DNA of 51,341 nt from Dehalococcoidia bacterium (GTDB lineage Bacteria > Chloroflexota > Dehalococcoidia > Lucifugimonadales > Lucifugimonadaceae), in assembly GCA_028821715.1 (NCBI GenBank), contig JAPKFF010000001.1:1-51341 (forward strand), written 5' to 3'. Positions 10,514-20,666 of this stretch are shown here, piece by piece. Position 1 is the stretch's first letter. Each line of letters begins with the position of its first letter. Position numbers and translations under genes: made by a program. Under the pieces are notes generated by a model. That model had not been told where the DNA came from, ran no database searches, and was given only the letters and a program-made list of their open reading frames with translations.

Positions 10514-10552
10514 ATTCAGCAAAGCCTAAAAAGATGATCACTCTATCTCACA

Positions 10553-11611
10553 TTAAACGAGTGCACTTGTCCCAATTCTTAGGCTCGGGAAAACTTCTAG
10601 ATCCCAGTCGTCACGTCGACCATTCCGGAAGTTCACCAGCCCGCTCATAGCGATCATTGCTCCGTTATCGGTGCAAAGTTTGAACGGCGGTATTGCGACA
10701 GGAAGCGGCGATTTTTCTTTCAGTGTTTGGCGAAGCGGACCGTTCGCAGCGACACCACCAACCAACACGATACCGGCGCAGTTTTCTCGTTTTGCAGCGG
10801 AGATCGTTTTCGTAACCAGCACATCGACGACAGAATCTTGAAACGCTTTCGCCAACCCAGCCACAACATCAGGATCGGCTCCACCGTGAGCACCGTTTGG
10901 CGGGTAGATACCTAAGTTACGCGCTCGAGTCAGAACCGCTGTCTTTAAACCGCTAAAAGAAAATTCGTCGGTTCCCCGCATCCATGCACGTGGAAGCGGG
11001 TCCGTCTCGGGAGCACCTTCAGCGACACGCTGAATCTCAGGACCACCCGGGTATCGCAGTCCCAAAACTCGGGCGGCTTTATCGAATGCTTCCCCTGCAG
11101 CATCATCACGAGTCTCGCCAAGCAAACAAAATTTGCCGTGATCTTCGAGCAACACCAACTCGGTGTGCCCGCCCGATACAACTAGGCACATTATTGGCTG
11201 TTCGCCAACAAGTTCCTGAAATGGTTCAAGATCATGATCTTCGGTTCGAGCCCAAGCACCATAAACGTGACCATCCATATGGTTCACACCAATCAGCGGA
11301 ACATCTAGGGCAGCAGATAATCCCTTAGAGAAATTTAGGCCAACGATAAGAGACCCAGCGAGCCCAGGACCGTGCGTCGCAGCGACTGCATTGATATCTC
11401 CCCAATCGAGCCCAGCGTCTAGAACTGCCTGTTCACAAACAGGTCGAATATCGAGCACATGCTGCCGAGACGCAACCTCAGGAACAATTCCACCGTATCG
11501 AGCATGGATATCTATCTGAGTTGCAATTACGTTGGCACGAACACGCCCATCGCCGTCGACAATGCCGACCGACGTTTCGTCACAACTAGTTTCTATTCCC
11601 AAAATATTCAT
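10553..11611 (-). CDS. tsaD: tRNA N6-adenosine threonylcarbamoyltransferase
   Basis: ILGIETSCDET, GGIVPEVASRQH, GPGL, HMDGH, SGGHT, DDAAGEAFDK, FSFSGLK, CTDNGAMIA. Confidence 0.97.
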   Translation of the reverse strand: MNILGIETSCDETSVGIVDGDGRVRANVIATQIDIHARYGGIVPEVASRQHVLDIRPVCEQAVLDAGLDWGDINAVAATHGPGLAGSLIVGLNFSKGLSAALDVPLIGVNHMDGHVYGAWARTEDHDLEPFQELVGEQPIMCLVVSGGHTELVLLEDHGKFCLLGETRDDAAGEAFDKAARVLGLRYPGGPEIQRVAEGAPETDPLPRAWMRGTDEFSFSGLKTAVLTRARNLGIYPPNGAHGGADPDVVAGLAKAFQDSVVDVLVTKTISAAKRENCAGIVLVGGVAANGPLRQTLKEKSPLPVAIPPFKLCTDNGAMIAMSGLVNFRNGRRDDWDLEVFPSLRIGTSALV

Positions 11612-11780
11612 ATCAATACGTCCAATGTACCGCTGAATTCAGTGAAAACCCCTACTCTCTTCCAGTACTATCCGTCATGACCGAGTTTAGACTATCGATA
11701 TTGATCAAGATATTTATTTTTCGCATTTGCCAATTCGCCTGATATGCATAGCAGTGGGCAAATGAACCGGGGGCACAACA

Positions 11781-11984
11781 ATGTCGGAAAACAACAACTG
11801 GCCAGAGTGTATGAATTGTGATGAAGGCCACTTGGTACCTCTATCTGACTTCGGAGCACAAGGCGCCGCAGTTCACTACAAGGCCTGGGTATGCACAAAC
11901 CCAGAGTGTGAATACAACATAAAGATTCGAAACGGCGAAATTCACATCAACGAACCGATCATACACGGCGCCCGGGTCCGATAG
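11781..11984 (+). CDS. Small Zn-ribbon-like protein
   Basis: 67 aa with CMNC and CTNPEC; purine-rich RBS (GGGGG) upstream. Confidence 0.7.
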   Translation: MSENNNWPECMNCDEGHLVPLSDFGAQGAAVHYKAWVCTNPECEYNIKIRNGEIHINEPIIHGARVR

Positions 11985-12033
11985 CATTTAGCCATAAAAT
12001 CCGTACCGACCTAAGAGTCGTATATGAGCAAGC

Positions 12034-12939
12034 ATGGCTAATCAAAACGACGATCCGATTGCACAACAGCAACCTGACCTAGCAAAAAAACCGAAAATCA
12101 CGATTACAACAATCGCAGCCTACTCGGCTGCCTTACTTGGAATCGTATTAATCGCGGTGTCGGGCCTGTACATATACTCTCAGTCACGATCAGGTTCCGA
12201 TATTGCTGAGTTCGTCTACTCGATTCCCGATGAATCGCTCGAAAGCCATCTAGGCATAGAAGCTAAAGCTCCCCAGAGCCATCTGATTGCCGATGACGAA
12301 CAGCCGATACCACTCGAACTGAAATCGCCTGATGTAGCGCAGTTCGCCAGTATCTACCCAGGCAATCTTCTCAATCCGAAGTACTGGTCAAAACCAGAGT
12401 GGGGAGGAACTGATCCCTTCGGCGGTCCATCGATTCCCGACAATTTCGTACCGATACTATCGACTGATCTCTTCCGTGATTTCGATCCTACGTCAAACGC
12501 TACTCACATCAGAATCCCAGCAATCAATGTAAATTCGACTGTGTCCGAGCTAAACATCATTGATCTTGGCGACCAGCGGTCGTATGAAACCCCAAATAAC
12601 ACAGTTGGGCACATTCCTGAAACGTCGCTCCCCGGTCAGCAAGGCGACGGATGGTTCTTCGCGCATCTCGAAAGTTTCGCCGCAGGTGAAGGAAACATAT
12701 TCCGTCACCTGCCTGAGATCACAGAACTCATTAAGCAAGACCCTGTCGACGTGTATTTAAAAACGTCGGATGCTGAATTCATATACAGAGTTACCAGTAC
12801 GACCCAGATTCACCAAAACGACCTTCACTTGAGCAGCACCGACGATGCACAGATTACCCTCGTAACCTGCTGGCCTCCACGGGTGTACGACCACCGAGTA
12901 CTGGTCGATGCCACTCTCATCGCGTACCGCCATATTTAG
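12034..12939 (+). CDS. Sortase (class D/E-like)
   Basis: N-terminal membrane anchor, IRIPAI, catalytic His (FAH), TLVTC and Arg (DHRVLV). Confidence 0.88.
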   Translation: MANQNDDPIAQQQPDLAKKPKITITTIAAYSAALLGIVLIAVSGLYIYSQSRSGSDIAEFVYSIPDESLESHLGIEAKAPQSHLIADDEQPIPLELKSPDVAQFASIYPGNLLNPKYWSKPEWGGTDPFGGPSIPDNFVPILSTDLFRDFDPTSNATHIRIPAINVNSTVSELNIIDLGDQRSYETPNNTVGHIPETSLPGQQGDGWFFAHLESFAAGEGNIFRHLPEITELIKQDPVDVYLKTSDAEFIYRVTSTTQIHQNDLHLSSTDDAQITLVTCWPPRVYDHRVLVDATLIAYRHI

Positions 12940-13089
12940 CCTTCACATCAGATTTCTGAACTTGGTGACTCGAAATAGCACACCCTAATTCACTGCCGAT
13001 TTGTCGATTTCTGCGCGATAATTAACTTAGGTCAATGTCAGAGTCAAAATTTGGCTTCTCGCAATTCACGAACCTGAAACTGGATAACA

Positions 13090-14148
13090 ATGGATTCGTC
13101 TGACCGCTCCACCAAAGAAAACCCAGAAAAATCTCCCATCTGGCAAGATAAATTGCTGCTTACTCTCATGGCAATTACGATCGTTGGCGTAGTGCTCCAA
13201 GTCACCCTCGGTGGAGTTGTTCGGGTCACCGGTTCAGGTGATGGCTGCCCTGACTGGCCAACCTGTTTTGGACAGTTATTCCCACCGCTAGACCAAGAAA
13301 CCATCGACCGGCTCTACGACGGACCTCGCCCGACAACGCCACGAGTTCACAACGTTATTCTCGAATACAGCCACAGAACTGTTGGCACGATTCTTGGTCT
13401 AGTGATCATCGCTGCTGTAATTCGAGTGTGGGTGCGTCACAGGGCCAGCAAAGTAGTCGCATGGTTGGCAACAGCTGAACTTGGACTGATTTTTATCGTC
13501 GGAATGATTGGCGGTCTTGTCGTATTAAACGACCTCGACCCTGCGATCCGCACCCTTCACCTGTTCCTCGCTGAAATCGTCGCACTCTTGGCGATTCTGG
13601 CACTCGTTGCCGCTTCGTACGGCAGACCCAACTCGATCATTGGTACGTCAAAATGGATGTGGGGTAGAGTCAGCGACGATCATCGAAGCGCCCTAATACT
13701 TTCCGCCACCGCCGGAATATTTGCTCTGATCGCCCTACTTTCGGGTTCTTACGCGGTTTGGAAAGATGCCGGTGCCGTTTGCCCATCGTGGCCGCTTTGC
13801 GGAGGGGATTTCATGCCGCAATCGACGTTCGCTTGGATCCACATGACTCATCGTTTGCTATCGTTCGTTTCGATCATCTTGGTTCTGCTAGCAGGGCACA
13901 AAGTTTGGCGACTGCCGAACATATCAGGAGCCCTACGATTCGCAGCACTGGCATCGGCAGTCATCATCTTCAGCCAGATGCTCATGGGTGCAGCTAATCC
14001 GTGGACTACATTCGCCGAATGGGCGCGATCCGGTCACCTCAGCCTTGCAACCCTTGTCTGGGTTGACATGGTATTTATAGTCGCACTACTGCTTCGCCCC
14101 GTGCCGGGACAAGAACTCGCTGAAGCATCAGAAAGTTCAGCGAAATAA
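13090..14148 (+). CDS. ctaA: Heme A synthase (CtaA/COX15)
   Basis: GCPDWPTC, EYSHR, CPSWPLC, IHMTHR, multiple TM helices; adjacent to ctaB. Confidence 0.92.
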   Translation: MDSSDRSTKENPEKSPIWQDKLLLTLMAITIVGVVLQVTLGGVVRVTGSGDGCPDWPTCFGQLFPPLDQETIDRLYDGPRPTTPRVHNVILEYSHRTVGTILGLVIIAAVIRVWVRHRASKVVAWLATAELGLIFIVGMIGGLVVLNDLDPAIRTLHLFLAEIVALLAILALVAASYGRPNSIIGTSKWMWGRVSDDHRSALILSATAGIFALIALLSGSYAVWKDAGAVCPSWPLCGGDFMPQSTFAWIHMTHRLLSFVSIILVLLAGHKVWRLPNISGALRFAALASAVIIFSQMLMGAANPWTTFAEWARSGHLSLATLVWVDMVFIVALLLRPVPGQELAEASESSAK

Positions 14149-14172
14149 AGCCATACAGGCTACCATTCTCTT

Positions 14173-15072
14173 ATGACCACTAACGAAACAGTACAAAGCG
14201 GATCCGTGATGACTGTGTTGGGCGATTTCATCGCACTCACGAAGCCGCGCGTCATGTCGCTGTTGCTGGTATCGGCTATCGCCGGTGCGTTCTTAGGTGC
14301 AGGATCAACCCCAACGCTTGAGGTCATCGTCGCAGTGCTAATCGGTGGAGCACTCGCCTCTGGCGGAGCAGCATCGCTGAACATGGCATATGAAGCCGAA
14401 CTTGACCAACGGATGGGTCGCACGAAAAATCGACCTGTTGCAGAAGGCCGAATTTCAGCCCTTACTGCCGTAATATACGGAATAGCTCTGAACATTATTT
14501 CGTTTGTGCTGCTGGCCCTAATGACGAACGTTCTTGCTGCTTCACTCGCTATTGTGGGTACTATCCTCTACTTCGGCCTGTACACGGTAATTCTCAAGCG
14601 CACGACCACCCAGAACATTGTTCTCGGTGGAGCCGCCGGAGCAGTACCACCTCTCGTCGGATATGCAGCTGCGACCGGAACGATAGACCTAGCAGCCTGG
14701 TACATGTTCGTCATAGTGTTCTTCTGGACTCCGCCACACTTCTGGGCTCTGGCGATCATGATCAAAGACGACTACGCCAAAGCCGACATCCCCATGCTGC
14801 CGGTCGTTCGCGGAGTCGAGCACACGACAATTCAGATCATGCTTTACTCCGTGATTTTGTCAGCACTAACTATTATTTTCGGTGTAGTCTCTCCCGCGCT
14901 CAGTTGGATATACATGATCGCTGCGGCTGCTCTCTGTCTAGCGTTCTTGTGGTACGCCTTCAAGCTCACAAAAGCGCCCGATCGCCCAGCTGCCGCAAGC
15001 CTGTACAAGTACTCGCTGCTGTTCTTGGCTCTGTTCTTCGTTCTGATTATGGTCGATTCGGTAGTCGTATAA
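14173..15072 (+). CDS. ctaB: Heme O synthase (protoheme IX farnesyltransferase)
   Basis: LTKPRV, DQRMGRTKNRP, LKRTTTQNIV, FFWTPPHFWALA, DDYAKA. Confidence 0.96.
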   Translation: MTTNETVQSGSVMTVLGDFIALTKPRVMSLLLVSAIAGAFLGAGSTPTLEVIVAVLIGGALASGGAASLNMAYEAELDQRMGRTKNRPVAEGRISALTAVIYGIALNIISFVLLALMTNVLAASLAIVGTILYFGLYTVILKRTTTQNIVLGGAAGAVPPLVGYAAATGTIDLAAWYMFVIVFFWTPPHFWALAIMIKDDYAKADIPMLPVVRGVEHTTIQIMLYSVILSALTIIFGVVSPALSWIYMIAAAALCLAFLWYAFKLTKAPDRPAAASLYKYSLLFLALFFVLIMVDSVVV

Positions 15073-15224
15073 TCTCGACCGATAGCGCCAACTGAACGCA
15101 GTTGTCTGTGCCCCTTCACCGGCCTAGCCCGTGCAGCATTCGTTCTTCCCACTGGAAACCAAGCTTTGACCATATCTGTGCCACAGAGCCGATGCTCGAA
15201 CTCGTTCGGCGATAACCTGTTGCC

Positions 15225-16146
15225 ATGGGATTCATCAAAACAACATTCACACTTACCGGACTCACTGGCGACATCTACTCAAGTGCATCATCGGCAATGA
15301 CAGCGAGCCTTACGAAGACCGCGCACGTACGCTCTGAAGAAACTCCGGAATCAGTCGGACTCGATTTTCATGATGTAAATTTCACAAGCCAATGGGACGA
15401 TCCCCAGCTCTCGGGTTGGGTAATCTCACCGCAAACTTTCCGCCCAACTCACTTCAACGGACGCCCCTGCAACCACTCGTGGGTATTTTTGGATAATCAT
15501 GGTTCACGGCGACAACATCAATCGCAGTGACGACAAAACCTTAACTCTAGGCATAGCCAGAGCACTCAAGGGGCGTAGTTTCGGAATCTTCATTTTTGAT
15601 ATGAGCGGACAAGGCCACGGTCCAGCAACGATTTCATCGTCAGGATTTTTCAAACGCCTTGATCTACAGGGGATTTTCGACTATCTCGTCAGTAAGGGCG
15701 CCGATCGAACCCGCATCTGGGTTCTAGGCTTTTCGCTAGGAGGTGCGGTCATTGCTGATAGTTCATTCGCAGATTTTTCGTTGGCCCTACGAAATTCCAT
15801 GACCGGCATAAAACGACCGCTTATACTCAGATTACACAGGATTTAATTCATGGCGAGGTAGATCGACGGAATCGACATCAACAAAATTTCACCCGCACGT
15901 TCGATAACCCGCTCCGATGCTGATCATTCACGGTGAAAACGACAATGTCGTCCTGTGGAGCATGATCGGTTGCTCGGGCGAGCGATAGGCGTCAACTTCG
16001 ACCAGATCAAAAGTGGCGAAAAATCTGTTTGGATAGTTACCGGTACAGGACACATTGGGTCATTCCATACCGAGCCTACGGCCTATATCGAAAGGTTGGT
16101 TAAATTCTACGAGGCGCACCTAAATGCGCCTCGTAGTTCATATTAG
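15225..16146 (+). pseudogene. Alpha/beta hydrolase, fragmented by several frameshifts
   Basis: Pieces in successive frames: TPESVGLDFHDVNF..LSGW / MVHG..FDMSGQG..GFSLGG (Ser) / MLIIHGEND (Asp, ~15917) / GTGH (His)..YIERLVKF. Confidence 0.8.
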
Positions 16147-16205
16147 TCTTCGGTTTTAGGTGGCGATGATTCCGTTGAAACAGAATCGCCGACACTCGAA
16201 CCAGG

Positions 16206-16565
16206 CTAGTCAGGAAGTGCTGCTTGAGCCAACTTTACGATTTCAGTGAAGTCGTTTGGCTCACGGATCGCTAGTTCAGCGAGTGACTTTCGGTCAAGCT
16301 CAATACCAGCTAGTGTCATGCCGTGAATCAAGCTTGCGTAGTTGATTCCAAGCGCACGTGCAGCAGCGTTGATCCGAACGATCTGCAATGACCGGTTCGT
16401 GCGCTTCTTCAAGCGGCGGTGTGCTGTTGAATATGCCTGTGCGTGAGTCAGTGACTCTCGAGCGACGCGGAAGCGGTTACTACGTGATGCTCGATGTCCA
16501 CGTGTCGCTTTCAGGACAGCTTTATGCCGTCGTCTTGTAGTTTTACCGGCTTTAACCCTGGCCAA
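16206..16565 (-). CDS. rplT: 50S ribosomal protein L20
   Basis: MARVK...RINAAAR...LDRKSLAELA; located in the infC-rpmI-rplT operon. Confidence 0.97.
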   Translation of the reverse strand: MARVKAGKTTRRRHKAVLKATRGHRASRSNRFRVARESLTHAQAYSTAHRRLKKRTNRSLQIVRINAAARALGINYASLIHGMTLAGIELDRKSLAELAIREPNDFTEIVKLAQAALPD

Positions 16566-16655
16566 TGTAAGTCTCCTTGGCGATCAATTGCGGAGCATCC
16601 GATGTAGCCCCAACAATGAATTCAGATAATGGTTTGTGATTTGTGCAGTTAGCAC

Positions 16656-16859
16656 CTAGTGAAGCGCGCTAATCGCCTGCTTGATTGTCTTTGAGAACGT
16701 CTTCGAGTCGAGAGCAACCTTGCCACCGAACAAACGCTTAACTCGGTTTGCTTTACGTCGGCGAAAGTGACTCTTCGGACCCTTTGACCGCAGCACCTTG
16801 CCAGTACCACTTATGTGGAACCGCTTCTTGGCGCCCTTATGGGTCTTCATCTTCGGCAT
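16656..16859 (-). CDS. rpmI: 50S ribosomal protein L35
   Basis: MPKMKTHKGAKKRF..SGTGK. Confidence 0.97.
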   Translation of the reverse strand: MPKMKTHKGAKKRFHISGTGKVLRSKGPKSHFRRRKANRVKRLFGGKVALDSKTFSKTIKQAISALH

Positions 16860-16911
16860 ATCAGGTAGTTTCCGTTCTCAATTCTTATGCTCAGGCGTTT
16901 ATCGCCTAAAC

Positions 16912-17529
16912 CTATTCTTCTACTGCGGCGGCCCCATCTGTTGGGGTGCCTTTTGCTGCCGGAGCAGCGACCGTAACTGGTATTGATTTTTCCTGTCGCT
17001 CTCGTTCTTTGGCCACTGCAGATGGAGTCAGAAGAATGCTAAGCACTCGACCTTCCATTCCAGGCGGTTTCTCCAGCTTTGCAACAGTCGCTACACCTTC
17101 AGCGACCTTACGCAACACCTTCATCGCAATTTCGGGGTGGGCGCGTTGCCTACCGCGGAATCGAACAAAGACTCTCACCTTCGCACCTTCGCCAAGAAGG
17201 TTCTTGGTCATCTTGATCTTCGTTTCGATGTCGTTATCCGACATCACAGGACTGAGCCTTACTTCTTTTTGCTTGCTCGCGCTCCGTGAGACTTTTCGAG
17301 CCTCTCGTTGCTTTTTACCTTGTATAAATTTGAAACGACCGTAATCAAGTAATCGGCACACAGGCGGGCTTTGGTTAGGACCAACCTCAACCAGATCTAG
17401 ACCTTCATCCTCTGCCATCTCCAGTGCGTCACGAATATTCATCACTGTCGAGATCGAAGAATCTTCGCCACGAATTACTCGCACTTCATCGGATCTAATT
17501 CGGCGATTCACTCTAAATTCTTTTGCTAT
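16912..17529 (-). CDS. infC: Translation initiation factor IF-3, probable ATA start
   Basis: DLVEV, PPVCRLLDYGRFKF, FRGR. AGGGAG lies 7 nt before an in-frame ATA at 17529 (ATA GCA AAA GAA TTT AGA GTG AAT). Confidence 0.95.
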   Translation of the reverse strand: MAKEFRVNRRIRSDEVRVIRGEDSSISTVMNIRDALEMAEDEGLDLVEVGPNQSPPVCRLLDYGRFKFIQGKKQREARKVSRSASKQKEVRLSPVMSDNDIETKIKMTKNLLGEGAKVRVFVRFRGRQRAHPEIAMKVLRKVAEGVATVAKLEKPPGMEGRVLSILLTPSAVAKERERQEKSIPVTVAAPAAKGTPTDGAAAVEE

Positions 17530-17644
17530 GTTCGCGCTCCCTGTGACATTGAACGGATTATTTCCAACAAAATACGCACCTTAAAACAGTTCGGCGGCGC
17601 GGATTTCTTCCCAATGTCCAATTGGTCGAACTTTCAATATACCA
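17530..17644 (-). promoter_or_regulatory. infC promoter and structured leader (candidate L20 autoregulatory element)
   Basis: Extended -10 TGGTATATT (17644-17636). Pairings GACATTG/CAATGTC (17618-17612 with 17551-17545) and AAATCCGCGCC/GGTGCGTATTT. AGTTCG/CGAACT could form a pseudoknot with the loop. Confidence 0.45.
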
Positions 17645-17910
17645 ATCTTGCGCCCGATACTCAATTCAAAATGAGTAGAAATCTCTACATGGTTACCACA
17701 CGTATTACGGGATAACGCTTACGCTGTGCGGCACCGTCGCTATGCTACGATTATAACCTGTTGGTTTTGCAAGAAATTGCACTCCAAATATTGTCTTGAA
17801 AACAGCGGTTGTATCATAGAGGTTGGAATTGAATCCAATCCAAACATTGAGTAAGCAAACTCCATGAGAGAACACCGACTTAGTAGTTATTTATAGGACG
17901 GCCAGGACAA

Positions 17911-19848
17911 ATGAGCAATAGTTGGATGAGGAATAGTCTCGTCTACCTCGTGATCATCGTCGCAGTGATCACTATCTTCTTCATGTTCGTCGATCAGCCG
18001 GATAACGGCTCACAAGAAATCGGCATTAACGAAGTTGTCGAGTTGGCGAAAACCAGTAGCGGATCCTCGAAACTTGGTATCGAGGTAAAGGGCGATTCGC
18101 TTATTATCACCGATGGATTGACCACCTTTACTTCTATGAAAGAAGAGGGGTCTAGTATTGCGGAGCTCTTGAGTGCCGCTGAGGTTCCAAGTGCCAACTA
18201 CTCCTTAAAAGTCGATCCGGGTGGCGGCTTCGGCAGCATCTTCGGCCTCCTTATAGGGTTCTTACCGCTCATCCTGTTCGGTGGAATTCTGTTGTTCATG
18301 ATGCGACAGGCACAGGGCAGCAATAACCAACAGATGGGCTTCGGCAAGAGCAAAGCCAAAATGTTTATCGGCACCAAAGCAACCGTCACATTCTTCGACG
18401 TTGCAGGTGTGCCAGAGGCTAAAGAAGAACTCGAAGAAGTTGTCGAATTCCTTAAATTCCCAGAACGATTCCAAGCCCTCGGCGCGAAAATCCCATCCGG
18501 AGTTCTCCTAGTGGGGCCCCCAGGAACTGGTAAAACACTTTTGGCTCGGGCAGTAGCGGGTGAGGCTGGAGTACCATTCTTTTCTATCTCAGGTTCTGAG
18601 TTCGTTGAAATGTTTGTCGGTGTCGGTGCATCTCGGGTACGAGACCTATTCGAGCAAGCTAGACGCCACGCCCCTTGCATCATCTTCGTAGACGAAATCG
18701 ACGCCGTTGGTCGACACCGTGGCGCCGGTGTAGGTGGCGGTCATGATGAACGTGAGCAGACGCTGAACCAGATGCTTGTCGAAATGGACGGCTTCGATTC
18801 AACAACGAACGTTATCGTTATAGCGGCAACAAACCGCCCAGATATTCTCGATCCTGCACTACTTCGACCCGGCCGTTTCGACCGCAGAGTAATGCTCGAC
18901 AATCCAGACATACGTGGACGTACGGCAATTCTCGATGTGCACGCCAAAGGCAAGCCTTTTGAAAAGGGCGTTGATCTGGCTGACATCGCGAAGCAAACAC
19001 CCGGATTCTCTGGTGCCGATCTTGCAAACCTGATTAACGAAGGCGCTCTACTTGCAGCCCGTGGTAATCAGAAGCTCATCAACTACGACAATCTGACAGA
19101 AGCGATCGATCGTGTTTCGATGGGACCAGCTCGAAAGAGCAAGGTCATCAGCGAAAAGGATCGTAAGATCACTGCTTACCACGAAGCTGGGCATGCTCTT
19201 GTAGCGCACCTTATGCCAGGTGGTTCACCAATTGGAAAAATCTCAATCATTGCTCGGGGGCAAGCCGGTGGATTCACCCGTTGGCAGCAGGAAGATAAGT
19301 CATACGCCTCGCAAGAGCAGCTCGAAGCCCAAATCGCATCTGCGATGGGTGGCCGAGCAGCTGAAGTTCTCAAAGTTGGCGATGTAACAACTGGTGCGTC
19401 GAACGACTTCGAGCAGGCAACCGCAATCGCTCGTGAGATGATTATGCGACTGGGTATGAGCGATAAACTGTCTAAACGATCGTTCGGTAAACGACAGGGT
19501 GGCGCAGTTTTCCTTGGCCGTGAGATGTCGGAAGAGAGAGACTACTCGCTTAAGACTGAAAGCATCATCGATGATGAGATCAACCGACTTCTACGTGAAG
19601 GTGATGAGCGTGCTAATAGTCTTCTCAGCGAACACGACGATGAACTTGAGAGCATCGCCCAATTCCTATTAGAACACGAGACGATTGACTCTGAACAGTT
19701 CGTTGCGATTATTGATGGTAAAAACCCGCTATTGGCAAGCCCGTTGGCGACTGATGACCCTGTGCAACCAAGCGAACCAACATCCCTAACCGATCAGGTT
19801 GAGGATGAACTTGGCGGAGCTTCCGACCCAGAACCACAAGCTACTTAA
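17911..19848 (+). CDS. ftsH: ATP-dependent zinc metalloprotease FtsH
   Basis: Two TM helices, Walker [44 protein letters not shown]. Confidence 0.98.
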   Translation: MSNSWMRNSLVYLVIIVAVITIFFMFVDQPDNGSQEIGINEVVELAKTSSGSSKLGIEVKGDSLIITDGLTTFTSMKEEGSSIAELLSAAEVPSANYSLKVDPGGGFGSIFGLLIGFLPLILFGGILLFMMRQAQGSNNQQMGFGKSKAKMFIGTKATVTFFDVAGVPEAKEELEEVVEFLKFPERFQALGAKIPSGVLLVGPPGTGKTLLARAVAGEAGVPFFSISGSEFVEMFVGVGASRVRDLFEQARRHAPCIIFVDEIDAVGRHRGAGVGGGHDEREQTLNQMLVEMDGFDSTTNVIVIAATNRPDILDPALLRPGRFDRRVMLDNPDIRGRTAILDVHAKGKPFEKGVDLADIAKQTPGFSGADLANLINEGALLAARGNQKLINYDNLTEAIDRVSMGPARKSKVISEKDRKITAYHEAGHALVAHLMPGGSPIGKISIIARGQAGGFTRWQQEDKSYASQEQLEAQIASAMGGRAAEVLKVGDVTTGASNDFEQATAIAREMIMRLGMSDKLSKRSFGKRQGGAVFLGREMSEERDYSLKTESIIDDEINRLLREGDERANSLLSEHDDELESIAQFLLEHETIDSEQFVAIIDGKNPLLASPLATDDPVQPSEPTSLTDQVEDELGGASDPEPQAT

Positions 19849-19880
19849 TAGAAAGCGTGCGGAATTAAATAGAAACATTG

Positions 19881-19909
19881 AAACGGCGCTTAGTGCGCCG
19901 TTTCTTTTT
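19881..19909 (+). terminator. Rho-independent terminator after ftsH
   Basis: AAACGGCGC-ttagt-GCGCCGTTT followed by CTTTTT. Confidence 0.8.
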
Positions 19910-19952
19910 AGGCAGATTCGTAGAAATATCTAGCAAGGACATTGCGCAGTAA

Positions 19953-20621
19953 ATGATCAACGTGTTCACCGGCAAATTTTGGTCGATAGACCGGTTTGTG
20001 TCAGGATTTTCGAATAATGCATTTCTGATCACCTGTGCACGCACGGGTAGTTCAGTGATTATCGACACTCCGGCAGACCCTCACGAATTAATATCGGCAG
20101 CGAGCGAAACAAATGTCGAAATGATCCTGATTACACACGGACATAGCGACCACGTCGAAGGCTACGAAGAAGTAGTCGCAGCACTCCCTGCCCCAACCGG
20201 CATCGGATCAAGCGATCGAAAGTCGCTCCCTGCATCGGCACAAGTAACAATCGACGTGGCAACCAACGAATCGATCCTGATTGGCGATATCGCCTTGAAG
20301 CCACTCCACACGCCTGGTCACACTCCAGGTTCGACGTGCTTCGTACTTGAATCGAAACGATCGCTAACATCTGGCGAGCCATCTCACGTCTTCACCGGCG
20401 ACACGCTGTTCCCTGGCGGTCCCGGAAGGTCAAAATCTCATAAAGCTCTAAAGCAAATGATCTCTTCACTGGAATCGCACATCTTCGTTCTTACCGAAAT
20501 CACCATCGTACTTCCGGGTCACGGTGAATTCACGACCATCGGCGACTCAAAACGTGAGTACGCTGTGTTCGCATCTAAGCCGCTGAGCCCAACGCTATCG
20601 GCCGACGTAACATGGGCGTAG
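19953..20621 (+). CDS. MBL-fold metallo-hydrolase (glyoxalase II-like)
   Basis: THGHSDH, HTPGHTPG, FTGDTLF, PGHG. Confidence 0.92.
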   Translation: MINVFTGKFWSIDRFVSGFSNNAFLITCARTGSSVIIDTPADPHELISAASETNVEMILITHGHSDHVEGYEEVVAALPAPTGIGSSDRKSLPASAQVTIDVATNESILIGDIALKPLHTPGHTPGSTCFVLESKRSLTSGEPSHVFTGDTLFPGGPGRSKSHKALKQMISSLESHIFVLTEITIVLPGHGEFTTIGDSKREYAVFASKPLSPTLSADVTWA

Positions 20622-20666
20622 CATCGCCCCCCTATTAGAACGAACCATTCTTACAACCACTTCAAC

